DNA from: the human T2T-CHM13v2.0 reference genome, Homo sapiens
Direction: 5' to 3' (one strand)
NCBI RefSeq assembly: GCF_009914755.1
Contig: NC_060926.1
Length of the DNA stretch: 64,000 nt
Shown here: piece after piece, positions 27,581-42,690 of the stretch
Numbering within the stretch: the first letter of the stretch is position 1
Layout: each line of letters starts with the position of its first letter
The notes under the pieces: generated by a model
Database searches by the model: none
What the model saw: only the letters and a program-made list of their open reading frames with translations
What the model was told of the DNA's origin: nothing
Program-made: the position numbers and the translations under genes

Positions 27581-29179
27581 TACCAAAACTTGCCTGGACT
27601 TTGCTACTGTTTAAGGGAGTAATTAAGTATTTTGATAGTCAATTCTTATAAATTCAAGGTGATATTACCCTGCACATCTTTCTGGTGGGATAAATACTTC
27701 TCATGAATATAAGAAGTTAGGTTTTGTCTGCCTCAAAAATTTGGCAGTATTTAACAATCAGGTATACAATCTGGCAGTTTGCAAGGAGTGCCTTCTCTTT
27801 TACACAAAAAATAATTTGACATTTTGGTAAAAATGGAAAGCATTTAGAATCTGAAGATCAAGGTGACAACAATTCTAGGTATTTTATTCTCAAGGTATCT
27901 CACACACACAGGTCTTTACAGAAATGTTTGTTATTATCAATATATTTCTTTATAAAGAAGTCTATATTTTTAATGAAAATGTATATCTATATATCTATAA
28001 AATATATGTATAGGTATATTTATAGATAGATATAATACGCACACATACATACACACATGCAAAATCATCCTATCTCATTGAGATGGAGAAAACTGAAAAC
28101 GACTGCTCTGGGATCAGATACTTAGTCTTCGTTTTATTTCATTTTAAATATCAGATTTGAAATTAATCCAAGGACCACTATGGAACAGAAAAAATGTGTG
28201 TGTCAACATCATCTTTGAAAACTAAACTTTGCCAGGCACAAGCTCTATTTTAGTCCTCAATTCAATTTTATGCAGATAATGAGATTAATTTGCAGGCTTC
28301 ATTTCAATATTGTCTTTATTTTTAAAAAGCCCATTGACGGTGTCAAAGATTTTGATTAGATAATTTGATCACATTTCTCAAGCCAGATACAAATTAAAGT
28401 TGGAGCTAAAACAGAAAATCTTACTGTTTACTATTCAGAACAATCTTCCTATTTCAGGAAATGGCAGAGCTCCAAAAGCCACATGTGTACAAATGAAAAT
28501 TCATAACATGTTATTCAAACTCCTGTTGTATTTGTGCAATTTACTAATTAGATATGGTAAGTATGAGCACTGAAATATCATAGTAATAGCATTAAAAAGG
28601 CCAAAAAACTACTTTTCTCAGTTCACTTCTCTTTATGAATGACATAAAATCCTGTTTTGTAGCATAACTACTCTGTATATCAAATATAAAATAAAACCTT
28701 AAAAGTGCAGTGTACATTCTAATAGCAGAGCTTGTTTCTGTATGAGAAATGGAAAGACTCTGATCAAAGAATATTTTAATTAAGATTGGTGATATCTGGA
28801 ATAAATCAATGTAATACTCATGTATACAAACTAATTTCCTCTTCAAATCATGTGCATTATATGATAAAAATACCAAGTCATTTGACTTCACTGATCCCAA
28901 AATGTAACCTTAAAAGAGAATTATTTATTCTCAGTTTGTCTCTACTTGTTGAAAATGTCTTTTCTTATCTCATTTATAGGATTATTTGGAAATGAATTCA
29001 TTATATAAATATATCAGCTATATGTAGTTATGTAGTGACAAGGAATTAAATTCCAAGTTAATGGCATTAAAATTAGAGAGGATGTGTGTGTATGTAATTT
29101 TTGATAGGTATGAAAACACTGACTCTTTTATTGCCAAAATTACCTTCCTTAGGACAGAGCATTTTGCTATTAAAAATAT

Positions 29180-29430
29180 CAAACATGTATTGAACATTTA
29201 GTGTACCAGACATTGTAATAAGTGTTTTACATAAACTTTCTAATTTAACCTCTTTCTTTTATCTAATTAGACTATCCTGTTCTGACAATCCATTTTACAG
29301 ATTTATGAAACCAAGGTTTAGAAAAGTAAAATAACTTCTTTAAGTCACATATTTTGGTAGTTCTAGAATTTGAACCCACATACGTATGATTTTAGAGCCT
29401 ATCATTTTAGTCATGATGATACATATACTG
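29180..29430 (-). mobile_element. MIR (near full length)
   Basis: tattgaacatttagtgtaccagacattg...ccattttacagatttatgaaaccaaggtttaga...gtcaca...gaatttgaaccca. Confidence 0.8.
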
Positions 29431-32400
29431 CCACTATTTTTAGTCTCAGCTATTTCTCATTAACAGAAGAAATTGACTGCTGACAGGGATCATACTTGTG
29501 TAAATATTTGTTAATGACCAAGATTTGCGAGTATGGTTTTCAAGGCTGACATTGTTAGCAGCCACATGTTTCTTGCTTTTCAATGTTAAATTAAATATCT
29601 TGAATGTGCAAATTTTAGGACTCTGGAGTCAGAACACATTTTTATGCCAGCCTAAACAGAAAACGCTTAATTCATTTTCAAAAAGGGATGAAAGGGAATA
29701 AATGTAATGGGCACCTACTGTCTCCCACAGGTTCCCATGGCAGCATAGCAGGCTCAAGAGCCATCAGACAGTGAGAAAAAAAGAGACACAGAATGGGAGG
29801 TGCTGGATCTCTTACATGGAATCACATCAGAGAGAAAGCAGGAGCTGAGGCAGTGTGATGTCTGGGAATCGAAGCAGAGGGACAGATCAGGAGAGAGTTG
29901 GGTAGGCTTCCACAGCACATTCCAGCCTCCTCATTTCTCATCTCCCTGACTTGACTTTAATGATCTCGGGACACACTTGCCCTCTGTCTTACACTTGCTA
30001 CCCTCTTTCATCAATTTATTTCATTGTCTCTTTTCTGACTTTCTTCCCTACTAACTTCATACATATGGAGACACTCTTGAAAGACCCTACGCACACAAGT
30101 GCACACATTCTTCCATTTAATCTCAGCACACCTTCTCATTGTATTCTGTTACACAAACTGAGGAAATCCCCAGCACAGTGTTAACATATCACTATTTAAA
30201 AAAGAATAAAATAGTTCAGATATTTTAGAGGCCATAGATTTATAGCGATTATATGTAGACAAAGCTAAATAAACCTCATGTTGCAAATTATTTGTATTGA
30301 TAAACAATGAATATGTTTCTATAGATCAGTAAGCAAATATACACACACATACACACATGGTTCTAAACAGGTCCTGTAATTGATAAACTGATCTTTTAAA
30401 TGCCGATCAAAATATGTAATCTACAGTTTTCAGCTTTGCTCAGTCTTTCTCTGACTACTCTGCTAGTTTATAAAGGCCAAAGCTGACTGATGAAAAGATT
30501 TTGCATCTTTCAGTTCCTAGGTCAGCTCAGAGGGCTCACCTCCACAAAATTCCTTATTAGTCACTTGCATGTTTTGCTTTACTTTGCTTGATGTGTTAAA
30601 TATTGCTCAATAAATCAAGGGCTAAATTAGCTAACTACATTAACAGAAAGGTATTTATTTAATACTTGTGGAATTGTGTGCCCATCATTCATTTCTTCTT
30701 TCATTTGTACAGTCTTTCATATACTCTTGATTCTCTCATTTAAAAAAATATTAAATAGTAGCATAATATTGGACACTTTGTCATTTCCACTCTTGAGGAA
30801 CTTATATTCTTGTTCATTATTTTCCTGAGTAGTCTAGTTATAATAACCACATGGGGCATTAGCTAAAGATAAAGGTTTTCTTGCCTATCCTTCAGAGAGT
30901 CTGAGATGGGACCAGATAATCCTTATGCTTGAATATATTTGTGACACAATGTGGTATGGTGATAAATGATTTGTTGCCCAAGTTAATGGAGGTTGTGGTG
31001 TTTTAAAAATGGGTGTGTAAAAGAACTCCTGTATCAAAACTCATTTGAATTACTACTTTTCTGTTTTTAATAGAATCAATCTAAAAACTATACTACAATG
31101 ATGATTTAAGCATACATGGGAAATCATAATTTGTGGGTTGTGATATCTATATAATTATGATGGGAAAATAAACACTTCGGTGCAGCAAAGGGGGCTAAAG
31201 TATTAACTACTTAATTCACTGGACAGAGTGTTTGGGATAATATCTTGAATGGCAGTAGAAAAAGGATAATATATGTATCTTCAATATATTTTTAATATTA
31301 TCTTCAGTAATGTGAACTAACATTATCAATATTGTTCTAAAATACCCTAACATTATTAAATTTGGCATGGAACAAAATCAATATTTTTTCAAAAATATAG
31401 AATTCAAGACACTTTCCTAAGCGTACTAAATCACATTCTCTGGTGATAGAGAGTAGAAATGAGTATTTTTAAACAGAGATTTTTGGTGCCCTCACCACAC
31501 CCCTACTCCCACTCTTAGTTAAAAATCAATGTTCTCATTGGGTAGTAAGGCACAGCAGTCCAGGGCAGGGCAGGGCAGTGAAGTCCTCACTGACTGAACA
31601 AAACAATATTGAATTATGAGAAAATGAGAATAGCTATTACTTTCTATACCAGTCATAATTCATATTCATTTTCATAGTATTGATGGAAAGAGATAACAGA
31701 TGGCCTCATCACCATGAGTAAACGTTGTATGATCCACCCTCTGGGAGGAAAGCTCTGGTCATGTAAAACAATGACTAATTAATACATTTTATAGCACATT
31801 TTTTAATGTGTTAAGATGTGTAGTCTTCAAACAGATAACTTTTCTTAGCTGAGTCATACACTCATACTAGGTATAGTTAATGTTATAATTAGTTTTGCCT
31901 CCCCCGCCCAGGATCTACCATCTGAAAACACAAAAAGCAATTTTGGAGATAGCCAAATACAGTATTTTTTACAATGCTATAAACCTTTTGCCAAATTGTA
32001 GAAGAACATTTTACCTTTTTAAGAAAAATATAAATATAACTCTAATCACGTATCACTATATGACCCTCAGAGGAAAGCTTCAACATACAGTCCAAGATAT
32101 TTTCTTTTTAATGGAATGTACAAATAAGATAAAATGGTATTTATTTTGATAAATTTATAAAAACCAACTGTGAAATATTTTTCTTCCACATAATTTACAA
32201 TGTGGATATTTCAGTTGACATAATCATTATAAGTCTTAGTGTTGTTGAGACAGTTAAGTACAGTATTCTATATATTTTGTAAGTATGTGACACACAGTCT
32301 GTCTGTATGTTAGCACCCCAGAAAATGAGGAAATTAGAAAAGATGATATCAAGAACTTTTCTAGTTTGAGAAACAAAAATTTAAACAACGTCTATAGCCA

Positions 32401-34229
32401 CATTATGAAAGGTCGAGAAATGACAGACGACAGACAGACAGGTATATGGATCTATAATCCATGGCTGTGGCTGAGGTGGCTTGGCATAGTACCATTAGAT
32501 AGAGCTGTTAAACAAATGAAATTTACTTTCCATATTCTTCTTGAATGCCAGTCAGTTGGATGTTTTTAATCATATGTGAATTTTGAGAGTCCTTCTAAAA
32601 CCATTACTAGAATGTGAGAGGTTAATCCCACCTCCTGACCTCATAGAGCTGTGGGCCAGACCTTTGGAATTCTAAAAGGCAGTGAGGCTTCCTTTTTTCT
32701 GATTTAGTTTCACAGACTCCTGGGACATCAATTTTTAAAGGCCCAGTCAACAGATTACAGAAATCATTCAAGTTAAAATTTTATTAGGAAAAAAATACTT
32801 CACAAATACCCTTTTCTGTAAAAATATAAACTTAAAATATATTTAGCAGAAGGTGTGGAGTAAAGAATTCAAAAGATTTTTGCAATGTGAATGTGCAGCC
32901 CTATGATTAAATAGTTTTTCTAGTGGTTCTGTCAAATAATTAGTATCAATTACTATTTCCAAAGGCACCAAAATACATTATAGATAATTGGCCAGAGCTC
33001 TTATAGAAAATGAGTATTGGGGAGATAACTATTGACAATAAATACAAGCACACTAAACAACGAGAAAATTTTCCATTAACTTCAATTAATAAAAAATAAG
33101 TTATGATATGTGTTGCACTCCAGCCTATTTATTTCTGAAGAGGTTACTAACTTATGTCAAATGTTCTTAGAATCTTTACCTTAAAATTAAACATATAAGG
33201 TTTATTTTCGACCTCAAAATTGCACTGTAGAAGTTATATCTTGATGTAAGGAAAAACTGGTTCTTGTTGTATGGGATTTCTTGTCATTTACACAGAAAAT
33301 ATTTCCAGCCCCATCATTTGGGCCACATCCCTTCATTTTCCATCCATTCCTGTGATCCCCTGGAGTCACAATGTCTAAAATCACAGTGAAATCACAATAT
33401 CTGAAGGGGTTAGTTCACTGAGTGGTAGCTGCTCTTACAGTCTTGCCAGGATCAGAGTCACAGGGTGGTGGAACAAACCACTTATGTGTGCTTTTCTTGG
33501 TAAGTAAAGACATATGTTAAGCTAGAATTTGTATGTGTGTTTTGGTTTTTCTCTGATTGTGGTGAAGGATGGTGCAGTGTTCTCTTTGCATTTGTAAGGC
33601 AGTTGGTTGGAGTCAGGGTTTTGGTTTGTGCTTCTTGATCAAAATAAAGTAAAATAACCGCAATAAGCATCAAACACATAACCCTGGCACGTGATTGGAC
33701 ACAAACGTAATTGAGCTGACCTAGGCTCAGACAAAACCAGAAGACGGCTGAACCTAAAACTCCTGACAGTTTAGCAAATTAACCCAATCCTTACTTACAC
33801 ATTTCATTGGTTTGGAAATCTTTCAGTATTTATGACAATAGACTTCTCATGTCAAAAATTGAAGCTGGGAAGAGAAGTGAACCTCCTAAAATTTTACAAA
33901 AGTTATTTTATCTGTTATTGTATAACACATCCCAGTACTAAAGCACCTCAGAAGGATCCAATCAGCCAGTTCAGGAAGATTTGTTGAATTGATAGCAGTG
34001 AGCAGCTGTTAAATCACTGAGGTAGCCTGATCAATCTAGCAAAAATAATTATGGATGAGACACATAAAATATAGGAAAACGCAAATGGCAATACAGTGCA
34101 GTGACAGCAAGATTTTTAAAATATCTAGGCTTTCCAAGAGTGAGCACTAAATTTGGCCATGCCCAACTGCTACCTGTTCCTTCTCCAGTCTTCTCCACCA
34201 AATTAAGTAGCAGTGACATTCTTCCACTG

Positions 34230-35050
34230 AGCAAGAAGAAGGATTGAGCCATTCTTGACTCTTCTCTTTATCACACATCCAACTCTATTAGCAATTCTTT
34301 TAAATATATCTGAAATCCAACCAGTTTTAATTTTCTATCTACCACCAATTATTCCTCTCCTAGATTATTCCACCCTTAGCACCTGGTAGTCTATACTTAA
34401 CACAGGAACTAGAATAACACCATTAACATATATCCCAGGTTAAGTTACACATTTATTCAAAATTCTGCGAAAGTTTGTCATTTTTTAAAGAATAACCTCA
34501 AATATTTCTCATGACTTAAAAGAGCCTGTGTAATCTTCCCTCCCACTGTCAGCCACTGATGTCTGATCTCATCCCCAACCACTCCTTCCATCCGTCACTG
34601 CTCCCCCATCTCACTGACTTCCTTGCTGTTCCTTGAGAAGCATCCTCCCACCTCAGGGCATTTCACTTACTGTCCTTTCGGCCCAAAACTCCTCCAAGAT
34701 ATGCTATGCCTTGATATCTTACTTTCTTTATGCCTCTGATTCAATGCTACCTTTTTTTAAGAACCCTTTGCTAATCACACTATTGAAAGCAGCAAGCACC
34801 CAACTCCCTATCCTGTTATCCTGCTTTATTTTCTTTATAACACTTAGCATTATCTGGTATACTACATATTACTTGCTTATTTGCTAATTTTCTGTCTCTC
34901 ACCTTTAGAATTTTATCTTGTTTACTGTTATATTGCCAATGTTTGAAAAGTGCAAGGAACATAGAAAATTGAATAGCATTCATTGAATAAATGATCAAGT
35001 AAACAAATGAATAAAAGAAATTATGTGTAAATGACGGGATGAATTGATGG
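34230..35050 (+). mobile_element. L2 3' portion
   Basis: agccattcttgactcttctct...ccttgctgttccttga...cacctcagggcatttcactt...ending attgaataaatga, the L2 3' microsatellite-like tail. Confidence 0.75.
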
Positions 35051-35059
35051 ACTGCAATT

Positions 35060-35200
35060 CTTACTAGTATCCTAGGGTTTTTCATATTATATTATTTAAC
35101 CCTCATAACAACCCATCAGAGTAGATAGTTTTAAACACATTTTACAGTTGAAGAAAAACTGGAGCTCAAAGAGATTAAATAAAATTTCCAATAGCAGTTA
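35060..35200 (-). mobile_element. MIR fragment
   Basis: tatttaaccctcataacaaccc...cattttacagttgaagaaaaactggagctcaaagagattaaataa. Confidence 0.7.
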
Positions 35201-35219
35201 GTTGGCGTTTGTCATACAT

Positions 35220-35800
35220 TTTGTTCATTCAATTCTTGATGTAAAATATAGTAGTCATTTACTGTCTGCCAGCCACTGAGATGAGTACGAGTTATGTAGT
35301 CTTTGCTCTTAAGGAGTTTAAAGTCTAGTAGGGTATACAAATAATGAATTAAATAGACAAGCACATACCTATATAATTATATATGGCAGTAAGTACCATA
35401 AAATAAATAAATTGCATGCTGAATGCTGAGATAACATTCTCAATGAGATTTCCTGGAAGCAAAAGTTAAGCAAAAAAACTAAAGGATGACAATAAAACAG
35501 CAAACAAAAGAAGGGGAAGGACTGATGGGGCTGATAAAAGCATTCCAAAGAAAATAATAGATCCAAATCTTAAGGATCAAAAAGGGTTTTATTTGTCAGA
35601 GGAACAGAAAGACTAATTTTGCCAGAGCACAATTATTTAGGAGAAGCAGGACACGGGACAGAGCTGGGGACACATCATGTAAGCCTATGTTAAAAAACTT
35701 GGATTTTATTCCAACAACAATGAATGGTTGTAGTCAGGGGCTTGAGGGGAGATTGTGTGTGCGACCTGATACTATGGCTGATTGCTTTTTCGAGAATGAA
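35220..35800 (-). mobile_element. L2 fragment, antisense
   Basis: ttcattcaa...catttactgtctgccagccactg...gtctttgctcttaaggagtttaaagtctagt...ttggattttattcc. Confidence 0.55.
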
Positions 35801-37954
35801 TTTAAAAGGGATTAGGAGAGGTAATAGGAAACTCTTTTAAAGAGACATTTTTGTTAAGGCATGTGCATGCTTCTGAAAGTTCTACTAATTTTACTGAATT
35901 ATATAATACAATATTTACTATCTTACAAGAATCATCTAGTACAGGGGTATTCTGGGTCTATTAAATGGTATGTATTTACTTTAAGTTTTTAAATAAATTT
36001 TCGGGAATGCTTTAAAAATCTTCACATATATGCAACAAGATGTTAACATCAAAGTTTCTGCCCACATACCAAGTTGCAACAAATGCTACATCCCAAAGTA
36101 GTCGTAAGAATTGCTGATGCTGCAGGTACCCCTGTTCTCCTCAATCATACAAGGGAGAGAGGTGGGGGTAACCACCTCTTATCTCAGGTTTAGCATGAGA
36201 GCCTCCATAGAGACCACACTGGGAGCTGACTATGCCTCCTCTGCAGTTGTGTGAATATGTGGGAGGAGGAAGGGAGGAAGGGTGTTGTTCTCATTATCTC
36301 CAGTAGTATCTCAGTATAACAGATTGGCTGCAGAGCTATTTGGATGGCAGCATGAAAGAGAGATGTGCTGCCTTGGAGTTGACCTGTAAAGCTATATTTT
36401 ATTCAGCTAAAGCATATGCAAGAGTTTTTCATGGAAGCTTTTCACTTTACCTGATAACTGACAACATCCATAGAGATGTTATACATATTGTCTCCAAAAC
36501 CATAGAGGAAGCATACTGCCTATGTCTCAAAACTTAGGGGGATAAAATGAAGCAAATTCTTCTTTGGTTGGCTTTTATTATCCCATATTATGGAACCCTG
36601 CATTTTTACTGTCTTTTCTCCTATCTGCTGGCCTATATATGTCTAAATAAGGCATCTAAGAGTATGTATTAATTCTTTCTTTCCAGGTTCTGTAAACATG
36701 ATCGTGAAAATAATGTAAAACAGTGTTATATTCTGTGGCGTATAAAGATGATAATGGTCCTTAAAAACTATATGAGGTACACAGAAACAGAAAAATTGAT
36801 GCTACCTGAGGAAAGTAACATTACTATTGATTATAAATCTATTTTTAAATTTACTATATTGTTAGAAAAGCAAATATCTGGTGATTTTTAATTATTACTC
36901 TTAACAATAAGAGACATCACTTCATGGGTTAGGGAACCAATGTAGAAATTCTTCCATTTGCAAAGATTATATATTCCAAGTATACATAAATTTCTAAAAG
37001 AAATGAACATGAATGTGTTTGTAGACCCGACAGCCCTACCATAAGTAACACTGGGCAAAACTCCATTAACAGCTAACCACTGAAATTTGATATATGGCTT
37101 TCACAGTCAATGTCTGGCTCCCCAGAAATCAGAAGTAACTCAAAGCCAAAATTCTGAGTGTTTTCCTTCTTCAATTCTAAGCTACCTAATAAAAAGCAAT
37201 AGATAGATAGATACCTTTTAGGAATACTAATGGAAAGGTTATAGAACACAACTGTGATGTTATTTTGGTGTCCTTTACCCAGCCTCTTCATTTAAGGTAC
37301 TCTTGCCATTTAAGTTGATTCAAGTCTTAGAATTGAGAACACTCAATGGGGTAGACCTACTGAAATCAGGAAGCCCTTTCTAGCCTACAGAGAGCATCCA
37401 GTAAAGTGTTCAAAAACAAAACCACTAAACAAACCTCATGTAGTTTCTCTAATTAGTGTGTTTTTCAAGGACAATATATAAAAAAATGTGTCTTCTGGGC
37501 CTCTTGTCATTAGTAGGGGGTGTTTGTATGGTTAAAATTGAGAAATTGATTCAATTATTTCAATTTCCTTAAAACTTTTATTTCTTCTACATCTTATTAA
37601 GGAATTTCTATTATTTCAATCTCATTTATTATTGATCACTATTGAATCCAGGTTTCAATAAATTGACCAAACATTTGGAACCATTCTCAGCTATTTAAGT
37701 TAGGTTATTGCATACAGAATGCCTGGACAGTGTAATTTAATATTTATTTCATAATGTTATAAAATTATTTTCTTAGCTTTTTGGTCTAGCATTCATTCAT
37801 ACACATGGTCTTCAATGTTTTTTCTAGTTAATTAAACAAATCTGAAATTATTTTGGTATGTAATCCTTCTCTTCTGAATTTGACATTATAATTTGTCCTC
37901 TATAGGTTGCTGGGATTTGGGTCTGGATATGTCTCTTAAAAATGGAGAAATGTA

Positions 37955-38110
37955 GCCTTTGTGATGGCACTTTCCTATAGTCCCAGCTACTTGAGAAGAT
38001 GAGGCAGGAGGACCACTTGAGTCCAAGAGTTGAAGTCCAGCTGAGGGAATATAGTGAGACCCTGTCTTTAAAAAAAAAAAAAAATTATGAAAATAAAAAG
38101 AAAAAAGAAA
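37955..38110 (+). mobile_element. FLAM-type Alu monomer
   Basis: A single ~115-nt monomer (cctatagtcccagctact...ccacttgagtccaagagttgaag...gtgagaccctgtct) followed by an A-rich tail. Confidence 0.8.
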
Positions 38111-39563
38111 AATGGTACAGGAATTAAACAAATAGTTTCACCTTGAACTTAACTTCTCACAAGTGAAAGCATGACCAGATCTTCAAGTCAAGTATCAAAT
38201 GCTGCCTCAGTCAGTAGAAGAGTGTCCAATTTGGCAGGAGGTGGAAATTCAGAGTATTATGAAAATGGTTAATCCCCAGATAAATCCCATTTCAAGTTCC
38301 AATCAAAACTCTGTAGCATAAGAAATCTGGCAAGATATTAAATTCAATTAGCATTGCAAGTTAGCAACACATAGACTCAAACTTTGCATTTTGTTATTGG
38401 CTATCTCATTCCTGCCATTGAAATAAAGAGTTTTTATTTGTTTACATAGTCATAGAAATTCTGGATGTTTCAATCTGTACCATAATCTGAACATTTACAT
38501 GTTTGAGCTTGCCTTTAACTTCTTTAAACTACAATTATGTGCAGTTTTTAATATTTACAAGACTTTCACATGGTTTTATGGCAACGGAAACTTACATCAT
38601 TATCAGTCCAACAAGAACTTTCCTGTCTCACATATCTCTACTTTCCAACCCTGTAGAGGTCATAAAACACATTAACGAAATGTTTAGGAAGACTGTTCTT
38701 TCTCATGTGGCCAACTTCTAGTCTATGGGAAGCACATACAAAACTTTGTCTTTAAAATTCTGAGAATGTAGGCCACCCAAATCCAGCTACCTGTTTTTGG
38801 TTTGCCCATCAGAATCAAGTTAGATAACATTTTTTTTTGTCTTTGACACTTATTACCACTTCATTCTGCCACTTCTAATAACATAAGAGATTCTATTTAG
38901 GCTATCTGAGTAGTCTCATTGAATTGTTTCCTGAGGATTGACATGGTAACTAGGCTTATTCTTATATTCCCCTTTGAAAAAGGAGAACTCAAAACACATG
39001 TGAAGTTCTTAAAAACCTTCTTTACAAACTCTGACCCTTTAATATATTCAATAAAGTTGCATAGCTTACGGGCATCTAACGAGTTCTCACACGTAATCTT
39101 GGAAACTATCCCTTTATGTTTAGTATGTCACTTTGATGTCTTATCATTTTGGTCAAAATTTCTACTTTAATATCTGGTTATGTTAGGAAGATAATCCAGA
39201 TGCTGGGCGGTTAACAAGACAAATTTCGACTATGGTAACTTTCCTCTAAATGTGCTCAGTTGTCAACTTTCCTTTTAAAGACTGACACAATATGTCAGTT
39301 GTGTTTTGAGCAGAGCAGAAGATGAAAAGAAGGCAACTGGCATTTACTGAGAATATGCCATATAAAAGGTATTCTGCTAGGTGCTTTCACATAAGAGAGG
39401 TAATGGATTTAGAAAAGAAAAAGTGTGAGGAAGTGGAGGAGGAGCTGATGTACTATTACTAGGAAAATATTTACATTGCTTTCATTCAGCGAGAAGATTA
39501 CTAGCGAGTGAAGAAGTCTCCCATCCTCATTAAATATTGGCTTTTGTCACTACTCTTTTTTCC

Positions 39564-39706
39564 TTTTATTTTTAGTTGACATGTAATAATTGTACTTATT
39601 TTTGGGATATAGAGTGATATTTTCATGCATATATACAATGTGTAATGATCAAATCAGGGTAATTAGCATATCCATTACCTCAAATATTTATCATTTCTCT
39701 TCTGTT
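39564..39706 (-). mobile_element. L1MA 3'-end fragment
   Basis: ttgacatgtaataattgtac...atacaatgtgtaatgatcaaatcagggtaattagcatatccattacctcaaatatttatcatttct is the L1MA 3' terminus in antisense. Confidence 0.85.
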
Positions 39707-41574
39707 GTCAGTTTTGTGTTCTCTCTCCAGTTGAATTAACATTTTTTTCATACAGATGGGCAGGCTGTAATATAGATCCTTATGATTCAACTTTCAGTTC
39801 TCTCTTTAACTGTCTTTTCTTAGCTGACCCTCAGTATACTTCCAATCTTTAATCTCTGAATTAATTTGAGAAAATTCAATGAAAACACACACAAAATTAT
39901 TAGGATAATTTCACATAAATGGACTCTTTCAAACTCTAAGAGTATGCCTTTCTTAATGTGTAAAAAAATACCAAACATTAGGTAAATTCCATTTTCACTG
40001 ATGGAAAAAAGAAATTCTGATGCACATGCTCCTGTTTGAGCAGATTCTCCTGTTAATCAATGGGTCTTTCATTTTATGTATGAAATGTTCCCCAAAAATA
40101 TACCTCAGATAATGTCTTCAAAAAGCATGGGAACAGACTATTTTTAAGGCACTGTAATTTTCACATATTTATATCATGGATAAATTTTACTCAATAACTT
40201 AAATACTTTTACTTATGTATCACTGTCTTTGGTTAGCTCTAATTTGAAGGGATTGGTTTTTTATCTACATTTGCTTTGGACACAGTTTTCAATCAGAAAA
40301 TGAGTTATGATTGGCTTCCAAGAAAGGTGTTGTCCTGTATTCTACTAATTTTAGAAAGTACACAGGACCAGTCTCAGAATGGAGTATGTGCAAACACCAT
40401 ATTATTTACAGCAAACTAAATATAATGCCTTGATTTGGCACTGCCTGCTTGATATTTCTCTTGAAAACTGTTACATATGTTTGTTTTGAGTTTCTGCCAA
40501 AATAGCAAGATTGTTAAATATCTTTCATGTACTTCTTGTTAAATGCAAGGAAAGAATTATAGATTACCTTAGCTTAACTTTTATACAACAGTCCAATGGG
40601 CACTAAATCTTTTGGAAGAAAAAATAAATATTCAAATTATAAAGAAAAAATTACTATTGTAATCACAAATGTATTACGACTGTTAACATGCCAATATTCA
40701 GTTTAATACCTAAACCACCTCTACCCATAATAATGTGACTCATTTCTAAATTACATGTAGAATACAGTAAGATTGTAATTATGCGGGGGCTGATTATCTA
40801 GGTTGTCAATTATTCAAGGCTTTTGCCTCCCTTCTTCTTCTTCCTGCTGTCCACCTTTTGGACAGTTATCACCTTGTTAGTATTTCTACTCCTTGCTTGT
40901 TAGTGAGATTGGCAGGGGAAGGGAAAAGGTGTGAAAACTTAAATCAGTAGATATTATTACTTGCAAGAATTTTCCATAAAAATTGGTGTGGAAGAGTTCG
41001 AAGCTAATTGCTAAAATCACACTAGGGATATGTGTATTTCACTTATTCTTGTTTATCCAGTCCTCCATGTATCGGAGAGAGTTATAAGTAAGATGTAAGC
41101 TTTCAAGGGGCAGAAAATCATTTCTGATAGAACTTTCTAAGAAAAATATTGTAAACGGAAACTATCTGAAGAACCTTATATAAAATAACCAATCTTAATA
41201 ATTCAAATTTTTGTGCTTCAGGCAATTATATTACCAAATATTATATTTGCTCCCCAATGGAACTGTTCAAACACATCATTAATTAAACATATACAAAATA
41301 TACTTGATGTGGCTTTTTCTTTGGGAAAAATACAAATCTGAAAGTGAATGTTTCATATATTTATATTCTTCAGGTATTACAGCATATAATCTATAAGTTT
41401 AAATATTATGATCTCTTGTATTTAATTTTTTATTTCTCCTTTCAGCAAATCTGGGTATATTTGAAAGTATTTTCCAGTACATATTTTTAAACGATATAAA
41501 ATTCACCTGAATTAGAACATATCCCTTTTTTTCACTTTCTCTAAATCTGAAAACTTCATGTAAACATTAACTTT

Positions 41575-41725
41575 TCAATTATTCACTCATAAAATATTTA
41601 TTGAACAGTAACTCTAAACACAATACACAGCAGACATTGGAGATAAAGTGGTAAGCAACCCAGACATTGCTTTGCCCTCACAATGCCCCCAGTCCAGCAA
41701 AGACAGATATTAGTCAAATAATCCC
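41575..41725 (-). mobile_element. L2 3'-end fragment
   Basis: attcactcataaaatatttattgaac...ggagataaagtggtaagcaacccagacattgctttgccctca. Confidence 0.65.
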
Positions 41726-42519
41726 ACAATCTCTTTTGCACTCACTATTCAAGGTGAACCCTACCAAAGAATGTAGAGAGCAGAAGGAATAATCAAAGTA
41801 CTCAGGTTTACTAGACTCCTGCAATTTCCGGCCAACTAGTAGAGTCCTTGAGTGAGACTTTCCCTAGGTCCTCTATTACCACCCTGAAGCTGATAATTGG
41901 AACATATGAATCAATGTGGAGTTACAACAACATGATTTAGAATGATACATTTTGGAGACAGTGGGAAAACCAGTAGGCCTATAATATTCAGAAATCACCT
42001 ATATACATGCTTGATTTTGTATATTTGTTTACAACCTGCCAGCGTTCTCTGTTTTCTCTTTTGTCTTTGGTGAGGATCCCCGTTAGTACTATTCTCAGTG
42101 ATCTGTTTTTTTTTTGTTGTTGTTTGTTTTTCCTGCCAGTTTCCGAAATACCACTTTTTAAAATGCCTAAATTTGACTTGAATGTTCATATTATTATATT
42201 ATTATGGGAATGGTTTATTGTTTTAAGCTTCCATGTCTTGCAATGGATAGGTTTTCTGTAGTGCAGTTGATAAAAATTTATCTTAGACTTCTATCACTAA
42301 AAAAGGGTTAAAAGAAAGCATTTATATGCACTTCGTGTTCCCTCTCCAATTGAATTAAACCTTTTCTTTAGCTGGGCAGTCTGTAATACAGACTTACAAT
42401 TTAACTTTCAGTACTTTCTGAAAGTTACCTTTCTATTATATCTTATATGTCCAATTTATGGTTGATAATAAGCAAATCTTTTTAAAAAATACTTACTATT
42501 ATGATGGGTAGTGAGTGAT

Positions 42520-42690
42520 CCAGATGGTGTCATTCAAGATGGTGGAGACTTTGTCATATTGGATACTTGATGACAATCTCTGCCCTGACCTTCTTTGAAT
42601 ATGTAGCCTGAATGGGAAATAACTTTTTGTGTCTTAACTGAGAACCTGGTTTGTTTATTAATGCAGCCTAGCCTGGCCTATCCCACTATT
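42520..42690 (+). mobile_element. MLT1-like MaLR LTR 3' fragment
   Basis: gggaaataactttttgtgtcttaactgaga...ggtttgtttattaatgcagcctagcctggcctatcc. Confidence 0.45.

Noticed and set aside
33688-33698. Adjacent E-box and CCAAT (CACGTGATTGG) as a promoter or ERSE
   Set aside because: The spacing does not fit ERSE (CCAAT-N9-CCACG), and there is no CpG island or other promoter evidence.
36687-36776. Possible + strand exon after TTCTTTCTTTCCAG
   Set aside because: The acceptor is good but the downstream donor (GAG|GTACAC) is weak and the peptide is unrecognisable.
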